Shown here: piece after piece, positions 8,644 through 20,197 of the stretch | How positions within the stretch are numbered: position 1 is the stretch's first letter | How the letters are laid out: every line of letters begins with the position of its first letter | Virus record (IMG/VR): IMGVR_UViG_3300010366_000021 | Location: 1 to 40,403 of that record | Source of the DNA: a virus | Lineage: Duplodnaviria; Caudoviricetes | Reading direction: 5' to 3' (one strand) | Length of the DNA stretch: 40,403 bases | Notes under the pieces: generated by a model | What the model was told of the DNA's origin: nothing | The model's database searches: none | The model's input: only the letters and a program-made list of their open reading frames with translations | Translations under genes and position numbers: made by a program

Positions 8644-10731
8644 TTACTGGACTCCGTTGCTGGCAAAATGCTCGTCCATCTTTTCGAACATTCGTTTCTG
8701 CGTTTCCAACAGCGCCCGGATCTCGCCCTGGTTCTCCTGGGCCGAGATCTTCCCTTGCGTCTGGGCGCCGATCTTTGCCAGCTCCAGCGCGCCTTTGTTG
8801 GCTCCCTGCTGCTGCTGCGACCGCTGTTTATCCTCTTCGGTCATCGGGACAATGATTTCGTATTCATACGGGAAGCCGGTGGATTTAAACAGCGCGCCAG
8901 TCAGTTTCCGGTAATCGATCTTCACGCCCTGGACCGCCAGCTGGTCCACCAGGCCGGGCTGCTGCAGGATGCTCTGGACATATCCCAGGCTCTGGTTCAA
9001 CGAATTGCGTGCCTGTAGCCTGGCGCCGGCGGAGATCGTCACCTTGTAGGTGGCGTTGATCATGTCAATCGGGTCTGCCTTGAGCGCCGTCGTCAGGCTA
9101 TCGTTCAGCATCTGGCGCAGCTGGTTGGGCGTGAGCCGCTTGTTGTTCTCCACGCAGAATTCCAGGAACGGGATCAGCACCAGGTCGCAGAACTGGTCGA
9201 TCAGGTCCTGCATCTTCATGCTCTCGCCCTGGGCCAGGGTCTGCACGCCGACCCCGGTGCGCATGTCGCCGGTCGCCCCTGGGTTCGATCCCAGAATTGC
9301 CGGGCCGGCGCCGCTGATTCCTGAGGCCCAGGATTTTACCTGTGCGATCACGGCCAATGGCTCCTGGGCGCCGGTAGAATTGCGTGTCATGGGCTTCAGG
9401 CCTTCTGGACCGGTCGTCTTAAAGACCTTGCCGGGATAAATCCACGCGGCCTGGCCCGTGTTATTCATGCCCTGGTCGGTGGTGTAGGTACCGGCCAGGT
9501 TCAGGTTCAGGTCGTCAAAGAAGTAATTGACCACACCCTGGGAGATACGCTGGAAATCTCCCAGCCACATGCCCATACCGTAACCGAAAAACGAATCGGG
9601 CGCTTCGCGGAATGGGAATGAGATCATGTCACATCCCTCATGCGGAGCATTCTTAATGCATGCTGAGCCCTCCAGGATCCAGCATGTGCGATCGTTCGTG
9701 AAGTACTCGAAGATCTCAAACGGTTGTGCCAGCGGATCGAGAGTCGACGATTGGCTGAGCCATTCCGGATATGCCTGCTGGGGAGAAGTTGGGAACCGCT
9801 GCGTGATCAGGTTCGAAGTGCCAGTCTGCGTATCCATTACGTTCTGCGTAGCGGAATCCTTCTGCGGCGTGGTGAGCTTGATGAGATCTTCGCGGGAGGG
9901 AATATTGTAGCCCTCACAATCACGGAACTGGTCAAGATCATAGGCGTTGAGATAAATAAGCCGGCCGCGCCATTTAGCGGTTCGAATATTGCCCCGCCGG
10001 CAGTCCGGGGAGACCCTGACCCGGCGCAGCGGGACGTGCTCGAGGATCGGGCAATTATATTTATATTCGTCAATGTACCCCTCGTACATGTCGTCCGATG
10101 GATGGACCGTCGCCGTGCTGCCTTCCTTGTTCAGCGGAATGCTCTTGGGCGTGTACCCGGCCTTGAGACGCAATTTCTTCTTCCGGACAGTGCGCTGCTC
10201 CCATGCCATCAGCCCTACGCCGGTACCGAGCAGCATGCAATCGTAGGCAATCGAGCGCACCTCCTGTTTCACGCTCGATCCCCGCGGCGCCGCTGTTTTC
10301 AATTGCGCTTCGATCAAGGCCTGCTGCGCGTTGGCAACGTCCATAGTCGAAGATGCTGTTTCTTCGATCCTGAACGGCTCATAGGCAGCAAAGAGCTGTT
10401 GCTGAAAAACTGAGAGCGAGGAATAGAAGTTCTCCGCCAGCAGCGGGATCCCCAGGCTCGATCGGTACTGATCAGATCCGCGCCACTTTATCGGTTCCAC
10501 AAATGCGCGCAATACCACGCCGATCAGGTCCCAGCTCGCGGCCAGGCCGCGCGAGGCCATGAATCCCTCGGAGAGCATCCGGTTGCCCACAGCTTCCTTG
10601 AACATGGAAGCATCAGAGCGGTCCTGGTCCGGGAAGCCGACCTGGTCTTGGCGAAAAGGCTGGCTGGCCTCGTTCGTCAGTTCCCTTACGCCGGGGATAT
10701 CAATGAGCCGGATTTGAGCGCCCGTTGCCAT
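8644..10731 (-). CDS. Portal protein (P22-like)
   Basis: 695 aa between terL and scaffold/capsid; DCMLLGTGVG and PDSFFGYGMG motifs; Gln-rich C-terminal helix. Confidence 0.85.
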   Translation of the reverse strand: MATGAQIRLIDIPGVRELTNEASQPFRQDQVGFPDQDRSDASMFKEAVGNRMLSEGFMASRGLAASWDLIGVVLRAFVEPIKWRGSDQYRSSLGIPLLAENFYSSLSVFQQQLFAAYEPFRIEETASSTMDVANAQQALIEAQLKTAAPRGSSVKQEVRSIAYDCMLLGTGVGLMAWEQRTVRKKKLRLKAGYTPKSIPLNKEGSTATVHPSDDMYEGYIDEYKYNCPILEHVPLRRVRVSPDCRRGNIRTAKWRGRLIYLNAYDLDQFRDCEGYNIPSREDLIKLTTPQKDSATQNVMDTQTGTSNLITQRFPTSPQQAYPEWLSQSSTLDPLAQPFEIFEYFTNDRTCWILEGSACIKNAPHEGCDMISFPFREAPDSFFGYGMGMWLGDFQRISQGVVNYFFDDLNLNLAGTYTTDQGMNNTGQAAWIYPGKVFKTTGPEGLKPMTRNSTGAQEPLAVIAQVKSWASGISGAGPAILGSNPGATGDMRTGVGVQTLAQGESMKMQDLIDQFCDLVLIPFLEFCVENNKRLTPNQLRQMLNDSLTTALKADPIDMINATYKVTISAGARLQARNSLNQSLGYVQSILQQPGLVDQLAVQGVKIDYRKLTGALFKSTGFPYEYEIIVPMTEEDKQRSQQQQGANKGALELAKIGAQTQGKISAQENQGEIRALLETQKRMFEKMDEHFASNGVQ

Positions 10732-10753
10732 GGCGTCGTTTTGTACTTTTTGC

Positions 10754-10783
10754 TTGACTGTCTATACGCTAGTAGCGTATAGT
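10754..10783 (+). promoter_or_regulatory. higBA promoter with overlapping operator
   Basis: TTGACT-N18-TATAGT; perfect inverted repeat CTATACGCTA-G-TAGCGTATAG at 10762-10782. Confidence 0.75.
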
Positions 10784-10800
10784 GTATTTACACAGTCGAT

Positions 10801-11166
10801 ATGGAATTTATTGAAGCATCGCCTTTCAGTCGCAACCTGAGCAAATACGTCGTGGATGACGGATATCGAGAGCTTCAACAAACTTTGATAGCCAATCCGG
10901 ATCTTGGCGACGTTATCGCCGGTACCGGAGGATTTCGAAAACTCCGCTGGCACGATGCCAGAAGAGGCAAGGGCACAAGGGGCGGGCTACGGGTGATTTA
11001 TTACTATTTCCAAACCGAACAGCAAATCTGGCTCATGACCTTATATGGCAAAAACGAAATGGATGACCTATCGCCCAATGAAAAGAAAGCCTTACGACAA
11101 GCGGTTGAAAGCGAATTGGCGCAACGCAAAGTGAAACGAACAACCAGACCGATCAGGAGGCACTAA
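10801..11166 (+). CDS. higB: HigB-2/RelE-family toxin
   Basis: NPDLGDVIAGTGGFRKLRW...GKGTRGGLRVIYY...LYGKNEMDDL signature. Confidence 0.92.
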   Translation: MEFIEASPFSRNLSKYVVDDGYRELQQTLIANPDLGDVIAGTGGFRKLRWHDARRGKGTRGGLRVIYYYFQTEQQIWLMTLYGKNEMDDLSPNEKKALRQAVESELAQRKVKRTTRPIRRH

Positions 11167-11168
11167 AA

Positions 11169-11492
11169 ATGACTAAGCGCAATCTCTTTAGCGAACTGAT
11201 GGAAGGTGTAAGTGAAATGGCCGCTCACCGCGAGGGCAAAGTAACCTTACGCAGCCACAAGGTAGAAGCAATCCCCTTGCCCAAGGTTACCGGAGCAACT
11301 ATCAAGAAAGTACGTGAATCTCTCCGGTGTTCGCGTTCCGTTTTTGCCCGGGCGCTTCTCATTAATGAACGAACCCTGGAAAAATGGGAGCAAAATCGCG
11401 CCAAGCCGAATGCACAGGCCGCCGCGCTCGTTTTGCTCGTAAAACGCTATCCTGACACGATTGAACGACTGGCAACGCTTGCTAGCCGCTAA
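11169..11492 (+). CDS. higA: HigA-2-type HTH antitoxin
   Basis: LFSELMEG N-terminus; IKKVRESL..SRSVFARAL.INERTLEKWEQNRAKP XRE HTH; downstream of the toxin. Confidence 0.9.
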   Translation: MTKRNLFSELMEGVSEMAAHREGKVTLRSHKVEAIPLPKVTGATIKKVRESLRCSRSVFARALLINERTLEKWEQNRAKPNAQAAALVLLVKRYPDTIERLATLASR

Positions 11493-13251
11493 CCAATCCG
11501 CTTCCCGTCCCGCCTGCTGCAAAGATCTCTGTCCCCTGCGCTGCCCTTTCCGCATGCATCTGCCGTACTCGATCCATCATGCTGTCTGACTGTCGCGGCG
11601 CCGGGATCGCCGCGGCGCCGTGCGGCGCTTCGCAGGCATGTCCCAGGCAATCGCCAAAATCGTCATGGTGCGGGATCTTCGGCCACTTCTTCAGCTGGTT
11701 GATCAGCTTGTCGTAATGCAGCATGCCGGCAAACAGCCAGAGTTTGCGATCGATCAACCAGCTCAGGGGCGTGCCAATCCGCATGGTCTTTGCGTCCGTC
11801 CGCCGGTCCAGTTTTCTCCACTCCACCGGCAGCTGCTGCATGCCCAGCGCAACGGCCTTGCTCATCAGAATATTGTTGTAGGCTTCCCAGCCGAGGAACC
11901 GCTCCAGCCAGACTGCCTGCGGCCGGTCCTGCATGATAGCCGCCAGAATATTTGTGCACGCCTCGTCTGAATCCCAGTTCCCTGCCAGGCACTTGTAGAC
12001 CCACAGCACGCCCATCCAGACCTTCACCAGGTAGAGCACGCTCAGATCACGCTTGTCATCCCCGATATAGCTCAGGTCGCCGACCATGAATGTGCCGGCA
12101 TCGGGCGGAATCGCGTTCAGGTGGAAGAACGTCTGCCGCGCCAGCAGCTCCGGCGTGTAACGCTGTTGCTCTTTCGAAATCGGCGAATTTTCATACTGGT
12201 TGGCAAAGAATTCCGTGCCTTTTTCTCTGCGCTCTGACTCGAGGAACTCAACTGTGTGGCCAACCTGCCGGCCGTCTCTGGTAACTGCCTGCGGGAACAG
12301 GACCTTCTTCTCGCCGGAATCGACGAAACACTTGCAGTGGCAGCCCTCCCAGGTGCACGGCGGCTGCGTGTAGCTCCTGTCTGAATCATGGCGGATATCC
12401 GGATGCCGGCAAGTCTTACAAAAGCGGATCCAGCAGCTCTTGATAGAGATCTTCCAGACCGTGCTGCCCGTTTCGCGCATTTCTTGCTGCGCTGCCTCGA
12501 TGATCCGCTCATAGGTATCGCCAAAGGCATACCGTGTGCCGGTCACGAACATAAATCCGGCGGGCTCGAGCAATGGCCCGATCGCACAATAGTCATCCCA
12601 AACACCGTTCAGCAGCTTTGCAGATTTGTAATTCTGCTCGTTGACCAGGTCATCGGGGAAGATGGCGTCAAAATGTGATCCAGCCTTGACGCTTTTCGCT
12701 GATGAGATGCAGACCGTCGGCTCCGCAAGCTGGGTAAGCCGGCGGCACGGGACCGTGAATTCATCCGCCGTGGCTTCGGGCAATTTCCTGCCCGGCGCCG
12801 CGCAAAATTCCGGATACAGTTGTCGGAATTTTGTGGTCGGCTGCTCAAAGATCTTTCTGACGCGCGCTAGCTGTCGCCGTGCCAGGGCCTTTGAGCCCGA
12901 AAGGATCAGGATCCTGATATCGGGGTAGTTCAGGATCAGCTGAACAATCTCGACGATAACCGCGGATGTCTTAAACAGGCCTCGCGGCCACAGGATCATC
13001 CGCTTCTTTATTTTCGGATCGAGCAGGTAAAGCGGCTTCTTCTGCTCCGGATCTTTCTGCAGGAATTCCTGAAACAGCGCCGCATGAGGGTTGGGCTGAA
13101 AATCGTAGCCCATCAACTCATTGGCCAGGAACAGGTGATCAAACTGCCCTTCGCACCGTTGGTTCAGCCAGGCCTGCCTCCCTGTTGCCGAAAGATTGTC
13201 AAACTCCTGGCGGTAATTTGCCGGTAGAACGTCAGGGGAGAATGGAGCCAT
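11482..13251 (-). CDS. terL: Terminase large subunit
   Basis: ILWPRGLFKTS Walker A, GSHFDAIFPDD Walker B, VTGTRY motif III, nuclease acidic residues VGDLS..DKRDLS and HDDFGD. Confidence 0.92.
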   Translation of the reverse strand: MAPFSPDVLPANYRQEFDNLSATGRQAWLNQRCEGQFDHLFLANELMGYDFQPNPHAALFQEFLQKDPEQKKPLYLLDPKIKKRMILWPRGLFKTSAVIVEIVQLILNYPDIRILILSGSKALARRQLARVRKIFEQPTTKFRQLYPEFCAAPGRKLPEATADEFTVPCRRLTQLAEPTVCISSAKSVKAGSHFDAIFPDDLVNEQNYKSAKLLNGVWDDYCAIGPLLEPAGFMFVTGTRYAFGDTYERIIEAAQQEMRETGSTVWKISIKSCWIRFCKTCRHPDIRHDSDRSYTQPPCTWEGCHCKCFVDSGEKKVLFPQAVTRDGRQVGHTVEFLESERREKGTEFFANQYENSPISKEQQRYTPELLARQTFFHLNAIPPDAGTFMVGDLSYIGDDKRDLSVLYLVKVWMGVLWVYKCLAGNWDSDEACTNILAAIMQDRPQAVWLERFLGWEAYNNILMSKAVALGMQQLPVEWRKLDRRTDAKTMRIGTPLSWLIDRKLWLFAGMLHYDKLINQLKKWPKIPHHDDFGDCLGHACEAPHGAAAIPAPRQSDSMMDRVRQMHAERAAQGTEIFAAGGTGSGLVSG

Positions 13252-13257
13252 CGTTCT

Positions 13258-13578
13258 TCAGCGCCAGAGATAGAGCTTGCCGCCGGCCGTTAACGTGACC
13301 AGTAACCACTGCCCTTTTTTGAACGAATACTTATGGCCTCCGTTGGCCGCGGCATCCCACAGCACAACGTCCTGGTGTGCAGCCACTGCGAACTCATCAA
13401 ACAGCACATTGCTGTTAATGTCGGTGAGCTTGCACTCATCGCCGGCGGCCGTGGGGTTGACCCATTTGATCAGGCTGAAGTCCTGCCAGCTGGTGAGCCC
13501 TGAGAGCCCGGCCGGGATCGTGCCGGCGGTCCAGACCGTATCAAGAATCATCGGGTTTTGATTGAACACGTTTGGCAT
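13258..13578 (-). CDS. Hypothetical (possible structural) protein
   Basis: 106-aa beta-rich ORF in the late operon. Confidence 0.65.
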   Translation of the reverse strand: MPNVFNQNPMILDTVWTAGTIPAGLSGLTSWQDFSLIKWVNPTAAGDECKLTDINSNVLFDEFAVAAHQDVVLWDAAANGGHKYSFKKGQWLLVTLTAGGKLYLWR

Positions 13579-13582
13579 GCTG

Positions 13583-13876
13583 CTAGTCCTTCTCTCCGCC
13601 GTGATGCATCGCCTTCAGGCCTTTTGCGCTGGCAGCCATGCGGCGCACCCGCGGACTGTCGGAGTGAAGTGCGGCGTTGATCTTTGCCTCAGGAATCTTC
13701 TCCCCCTGGGGTGTATGCGTTGCCCGATGCAACCCACCTGGGTTCTTGATCGTGAAGGATCCGCCCTTTCCCAGATTCACCACTCTGGGCTTCTTCTTCG
13801 CCGTATGCGCTTTCTCTGGATCCGGCTTTGCTTCTGAGAGTCCTGAGATCGCGCTCATCAGGTTCTTCTGCGCCAT
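13583..13876 (-). CDS. Small basic phage protein (IKNPGGLH...PQGEKIP type)
   Basis: Lys/His-rich; AGGAGG RBS; motif recalled from terminase-adjacent phage genes. Confidence 0.7.
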   Translation of the reverse strand: MAQKNLMSAISGLSEAKPDPEKAHTAKKKPRVVNLGKGGSFTIKNPGGLHRATHTPQGEKIPEAKINAALHSDSPRVRRMAASAKGLKAMHHGGEKD

Positions 13877-13929
13877 TGCGGCCTCCTGATTGTTCGTGTA
13901 GCACAGCCGCCCTCGGCTGTGAGGTTTTT

Positions 13930-13981
13930 AAAAAGCGCGAGACTATCGGCCTCCCCCAGGCAAACAGTCCCGCGCTTTTTT
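13930..13981 (-). terminator. Intrinsic terminator inside the late operon
   Basis: Minus strand GCGCGGGACT...AGTCTCGCGC-TTTTT; the single non-Watson-Crick pair is G.U on the minus strand. Confidence 0.65.
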
Positions 13982-13996
13982 CTGCGCAAGCCCGTT

Positions 13997-14959
13997 TTAC
14001 GGTTGCCAGAAGTCGTATTCGTTTGCCGTTGGCTGTGCCGTGGATCCAGACAAGTTGGCGAATCGCAGAACCAGCAGGTGCCCCCTGCCCAGGTTCTGCC
14101 AGGTCGCTGTGTTATCTGCGAGAGTCGCGCCTAGGGTAGTGGTGCCGGCAAAGTTGGGAACCGTTGAACCCGTTGTGCCGGAGACAACGCATTGCCACAA
14201 GGTGTTGTTTATTACCACGTAGCTGCTTCCCTGGGTCACCGATGTCGATTGCGGCCAAAGTGGCGCAACACAATCCACCGCATCGAGCGAAATCCCCGAG
14301 GCATCGGCCACTGCATTCGGACGCGTGTAGAGTGTAATCCGGCTGGTATTGAACAACACCGGCACACGAACGTTCACGTCTGCCGTCGCATTCGTGGTGA
14401 TCGCCGGCAGAGCATCCTGTACGCCGGAGGTATTCACAACCGGCAACGCAGCGCCGGCGCCCAGGACCTTCACGGTCGCCGAAGTGGTCGCGATCGGGAT
14501 GTAGGAAAGGGTTGAGCCGCGCTTGGTAGTAATGGTGCTCAACGCCACGCTCAGCGAGGCTGCCGCTTCGTTTGCAAGTTCAGTATTGGTGACGGAACCG
14601 GTATAGATCCTCCAGCCAATGATTGGAGCAGCGTTCGCCTGTGCGCCGGTGTTCAGGGATCCAGTCGAGCCCAAAGCAACAGTCACGGATCCACTCGGGC
14701 CGCCGGTCACGGTAACCGTGGCTTCAGCCGACGGAGTCGTCTCTCCCAGGGCCGTTACCCACGTAATTTTGCAGAAGAAGTTTCCGTTCGCCAGCGATCC
14801 GCCTGAACCAACGTTGGTAAGGTTGCCATTCGCGAATGCGGTCCCCGTTGCGCCGGGACCAAGCACTCCCCAATCCTGTCGCGCAACCGGATAGTACGCG
14901 GAACCCGGCTGTGCTTGCCGACTCTGCGCATGGTCTTTTACTGATGTTGAGATTGCCAA
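13997..14959 (-). CDS. Virion structural/decoration protein with a carbohydrate-binding-like module
   Basis: Thr/Gly/Ala beta-rich; W..ST...WQCVVSGTTGSTVP..DNTATW module; AAGGAG RBS with TTG start. Confidence 0.65.
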   Translation of the reverse strand: MAISTSVKDHAQSRQAQPGSAYYPVARQDWGVLGPGATGTAFANGNLTNVGSGGSLANGNFFCKITWVTALGETTPSAEATVTVTGGPSGSVTVALGSTGSLNTGAQANAAPIIGWRIYTGSVTNTELANEAAASLSVALSTITTKRGSTLSYIPIATTSATVKVLGAGAALPVVNTSGVQDALPAITTNATADVNVRVPVLFNTSRITLYTRPNAVADASGISLDAVDCVAPLWPQSTSVTQGSSYVVINNTLWQCVVSGTTGSTVPNFAGTTTLGATLADNTATWQNLGRGHLLVLRFANLSGSTAQPTANEYDFWQP

Positions 14960-15017
14960 GGTGCATCTCCTTTATCTGGGGGAAAGGATTGGTGGGGGAT
15001 GTTTCTGTTTTGGGGGA

Positions 15018-15557
15018 CTATAAATTCTGAAAGTCCGGCATCAGCGGCTGCGCAGCCATCTGGTCGGCGATCTTCCGAACCGCCGCGGTCTTTGCCGCGC
15101 GCTGCACGCGCCTTTTCACTGCTTCCTCGTTATTGGCCATTCCTTCAATGATCCGTTTCTCATAACGCGGAGTCCAGGGCTGACGAAACTCGCGCACATC
15201 GGCGATCAGCTTCATCGCCTCCAATTGCTCCTTCGTGAGTTTCCCGGTGATGATCGCCTTAGCCACCATCCGGCAGAACGCGTCTTTCGGATCGTCGCCA
15301 AAATGGAGATGCAACAACATGGTGATCCCGGGTGAATGCAGGATCCGTTCTCCCATTCTTCTGGCGCTGTCAGGGACCTTCACGTTGGGATAGCTGGCCA
15401 GTACTGCGGCCCGCGCGTCATAACCGCTCTCAATATATGCCGCCAGAAAGTTCTGGTAAGTCAGCGGCAGAAGCGTAAATTCCGGAAGTTGTTTCAGTTC
15501 ATCAATCGGAACGCGGGCCGTGCCCTTCAACTGGACTATAGGCGGTCTTCCGCGCAT
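15018..15557 (-). CDS. terS: Terminase small subunit (probable)
   Basis: FLAAYIESGYDARAAVLASY...ARRMGERILHSP resembles the TerS N-terminal HTH; upstream of terL. Confidence 0.6.
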   Translation of the reverse strand: MRGRPPIVQLKGTARVPIDELKQLPEFTLLPLTYQNFLAAYIESGYDARAAVLASYPNVKVPDSARRMGERILHSPGITMLLHLHFGDDPKDAFCRMVAKAIITGKLTKEQLEAMKLIADVREFRQPWTPRYEKRIIEGMANNEEAVKRRVQRAAKTAAVRKIADQMAAQPLMPDFQNL

Positions 15558-15561
15558 AGAG

Positions 15562-15849
15562 CTACTCCTCCAGCCATCCTAGGATCTCCCCCTCACGCAT
15601 TGAAAGATACGGTTCACCGCTGATTTGCACCTTCGTGCCGGCGTGCGGCCCAAAAATCACGGTCATGCCTGGCTTCACCAGCATCGGGACAAGCTCGCCG
15701 TTGTCTTTGCGATAACCCGCCCCCGTTGAAATCACTGATCCCAGCAGGTAATCGTCGCGAGCATTGTCCGGCAGAACAAAGTCTCCAACCTGGCGTTGCC
15801 CATCCAGCACCTGGATCAGCACGCGCTCATAAAGTGGAATGAACTTCAC
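15562..15849 (-). CDS. groES: Co-chaperonin GroES
   Basis: FIPLYERVLI...LPDNA...GSVISTGAG...VKPGMTVIFGPHAGTKVQISGEPYLSMREGEILG. Confidence 0.92.
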   Translation of the reverse strand: MKFIPLYERVLIQVLDGQRQVGDFVLPDNARDDYLLGSVISTGAGYRKDNGELVPMLVKPGMTVIFGPHAGTKVQISGEPYLSMREGEILGWLEE

Positions 15850-16075
15850 TTCGGGTTGGTCCTTACGGTTATATGACGTTCAGGAATAAAGGCGCCCTCT
15901 TCCATCTCTTCAAATGATTCGTGCTCCACCACCAGAAAGAATGCGTCCGTTTGTGGATCGTATCCTGCGCGCACCACTTGCGCCCCCATGGGCAATCCAT
16001 CCACGATCGTATATGTCTCCCCGGTGAGGAGGCATCGCGCCAGGAATGGAGGTGATATCCGGAAGCGGGCACATC

Positions 16076-16079
<4 letters not shown>
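15846..16079 (-). CDS. Hypothetical protein (77 aa)
   Basis: ATGA overlaps on both sides; GLPMGAQVVRAGYD...VEHESFEEMEEG. Confidence 0.65.
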
Positions 16080-18302
<2,223 letters not shown>

Positions 18303-18347
18303 GTTAGGTCTCCTTTTCGCCTTTTCTTCAGCAAGATCGATAGGGGG

Positions 18348-19349
18348 TCACGCCCTATTTTTCCTACTAGAAAGTTCCCGCTTGGGAGTGCCGACGGACG
18401 ATGCTGCGATAGCTTGGGGGTTTGACCCCGGGCCGCCATTGGCCAGAATAGGATCCCCTATTGTGGAATGCTGCCCCCCAGGCGCGCTGTTGCGGGCGCC
18501 GCGGCGCCGGATGCCTCGGGTTTTGTTTCGAGAGTTTCTGAGGGGATTGTGGCGGGGGCTGACGCGAATATGCGAAACGGTTTTTGCAGCGTGCGAGCCT
18601 TTCGCGCTCAGGCTCTGCTCGAGGGCCGTCGTAATGTCAATTACCTGCGCTCGGGCGGCATTCTGCGGTGTGCTTCCAATCTTTGCCTGGATCATCTGCT
18701 GCAGGCCTTCGCGGAATTTGTCAGTGTACTTCTCTGGCTGGAATGGCCCTGCAAGCTCCTGCATGAGCCTTATAGCCATCGCCAGCTCCTGGTCCTTCAC
18801 CGCGGTGGTATCTGTGCGGAACTCTTCGACCTGGCGGATCTCATCGTTGAAGAACGTGGTGTGCATCACGATCCCATGTTCGCCGGCGCGCACGATCACA
18901 ATGTGCTCGCGGTTGTGCAGCCCGATCTTCCCTACCCCGACGTATCCAGTCTCTTTCAGTGCCTTGTAGAGCAGCGCGTAGGCGTTCTCGCTGGCCGCGG
19001 CGCCAGGCGCGACGTAATAAGAGCTCTCCAGGAACACAGGATTGATGTCAGCCGCTTTTACAAATTCCGAAATGTCGACTGCTTTTGTCGTCTTCGGCGC
19101 AACCCCATCGATCTCATCCTGGCTGATCACGATGTACTTGTCTTTCTCGTATTCATAGCCGTTCACTATTTCCGCGCGCGGAACAGCCTTATCCTCATGC
19201 GCGCAGTGCAGGACCTGTTTGACGCGTGACTGATCGGCGGCATGGAGCATGTGGAAGCCCACGCTTTCGCGCCTGGCGGCGCTGTGCAGCTTTACCGGCA
19301 ATGAGACCAGGCCAAAGGTTAAATGGCCCTTCCACACTGTGCTTGCCAC
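18348..19349 (-). CDS. ku: Prokaryotic Ku DNA end-binding protein with basic C-terminal extension
   Basis: WKGHLTFGLVSLPVKL, GYEYEKDKY, SSYYVAP, FQPEKYTDKF, VIDITTALEQSL. Confidence 0.95.
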   Translation of the reverse strand: MASTVWKGHLTFGLVSLPVKLHSAARRESVGFHMLHAADQSRVKQVLHCAHEDKAVPRAEIVNGYEYEKDKYIVISQDEIDGVAPKTTKAVDISEFVKAADINPVFLESSYYVAPGAAASENAYALLYKALKETGYVGVGKIGLHNREHIVIVRAGEHGIVMHTTFFNDEIRQVEEFRTDTTAVKDQELAMAIRLMQELAGPFQPEKYTDKFREGLQQMIQAKIGSTPQNAARAQVIDITTALEQSLSAKGSHAAKTVSHIRVSPRHNPLRNSRNKTRGIRRRGARNSAPGGQHSTIGDPILANGGPGSNPQAIAASSVGTPKRELSSRKNRA

Positions 19350-19864
19350 CGTGCATTCCTCCTTATCTGTGGTACCGGCGCGATCGCGTTCGAATCCACT
19401 TCAACGCTCATCGCTCTCTGGATCAAATCCAGCGCCAGTACAACGCGGCTTTTGTTTTTTTCACGGACCACATAGCCTTCTGTTCCCTCAAGCGGCCCTC
19501 GCGTCACCAGGACGCGGTCTCCAACATGAACAAATGCGTGCGGCCGCGGATCATTGCCAGGCCTGGCTGCGGCACGCAGCTGCTCGATCTCTGCATCTTC
19601 GAGAGCTTCAGGATGCCCGCCGCTGCCGATGAGGTAGAGAACTCCAGGGATTTCAAGCACGCAGAGGCGATCGTTGCGATCGATCCTGATAAAGATGTAT
19701 CCCGGGAAAAGTGGAAGCAGCACCAGGGTTTTGCGATCAGACCATTCGCGCTGTTCTTGATACAAAGGAAGGAAGCGATCGACGTTGCGCACAGCCAGGT
19801 GATCGGCCACGCGCTTCTCATGCCGGCACCTGACGTAGGCGGCGAACCAGCGGAGATCGCTCAT
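19319..19864 (-). CDS. NusG paralog, UpxY/LoaP/RfaH-like antiterminator
   Basis: WFAAYVRCRHEKRVA...WSDRK...PLFPGYIF NGN domain; VGDRVLVTRGPLEGTEG KOW motif. Confidence 0.93.
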   Translation of the reverse strand: MSDLRWFAAYVRCRHEKRVADHLAVRNVDRFLPLYQEQREWSDRKTLVLLPLFPGYIFIRIDRNDRLCVLEIPGVLYLIGSGGHPEALEDAEIEQLRAAARPGNDPRPHAFVHVGDRVLVTRGPLEGTEGYVVREKNKSRVVLALDLIQRAMSVEVDSNAIAPVPQIRRNARWQAQCGRAI

Positions 19865-20085
19865 TGCGCTGGATCTCCAGGTCCTACCTCTACGCCGTCA
19901 TGCGTAAAACGCGCGCTGCAACCGGCGGCAATGAACTTCTTCCGCCATTTTGCAGGGTCGTAACAAACCCAGAGAACCGTGTCACCTTTTTTGGCATTTG
20001 AGACTGCATCGTCAAACCAGAAATCTTCATAGGAGCCACGAACGTGTCTCAGATCCACGACTCGGTAAGTAGATAGCTCCGCCAT
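19861..20085 (-). CDS. Hypothetical protein, first gene after the leader terminator
   Basis: 74 aa; ATGA overlap with the nusG paralog. Confidence 0.55.
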   Translation of the reverse strand: MAELSTYRVVDLRHVRGSYEDFWFDDAVSNAKKGDTVLWVCYDPAKWRKKFIAAGCSARFTHDGVEVGPGDPAQ

Positions 20086-20094
20086 CTCAGTCCC

Positions 20095-20150
20095 AAAAAG
20101 CAAAACCCCGAAGACTCGCGACTGGCCGTGAATCGCGACTCTCCGGGGTT
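20095..20150 (-). terminator. Leader intrinsic terminator of the late operon
   Basis: 18-bp stem 20104-20121/20133-20150 (one G.U and one mismatch on the minus strand) followed by TTGCTTTTT. Confidence 0.75.
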
Positions 20151-20161
20151 CGGTGGATGCC

Positions 20162-20178
20162 GGTCTCCCCAGGAGACC
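20162..20178 (-). promoter_or_regulatory. Promoter-proximal leader hairpin GGTCTCC-TGG-GGAGACC
   Basis: Perfect 7-bp stem between the promoter and the terminator. Confidence 0.55.
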
Positions 20179-20197
20179 AAAAGAATTGTCAGCGCCT

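Noticed and set aside
18348-18600. tRNA or frameshift hidden in the Ku C-terminal extension
   Set aside because: No cloverleaf or TTC loop found; basic tails are common in bacterial Ku
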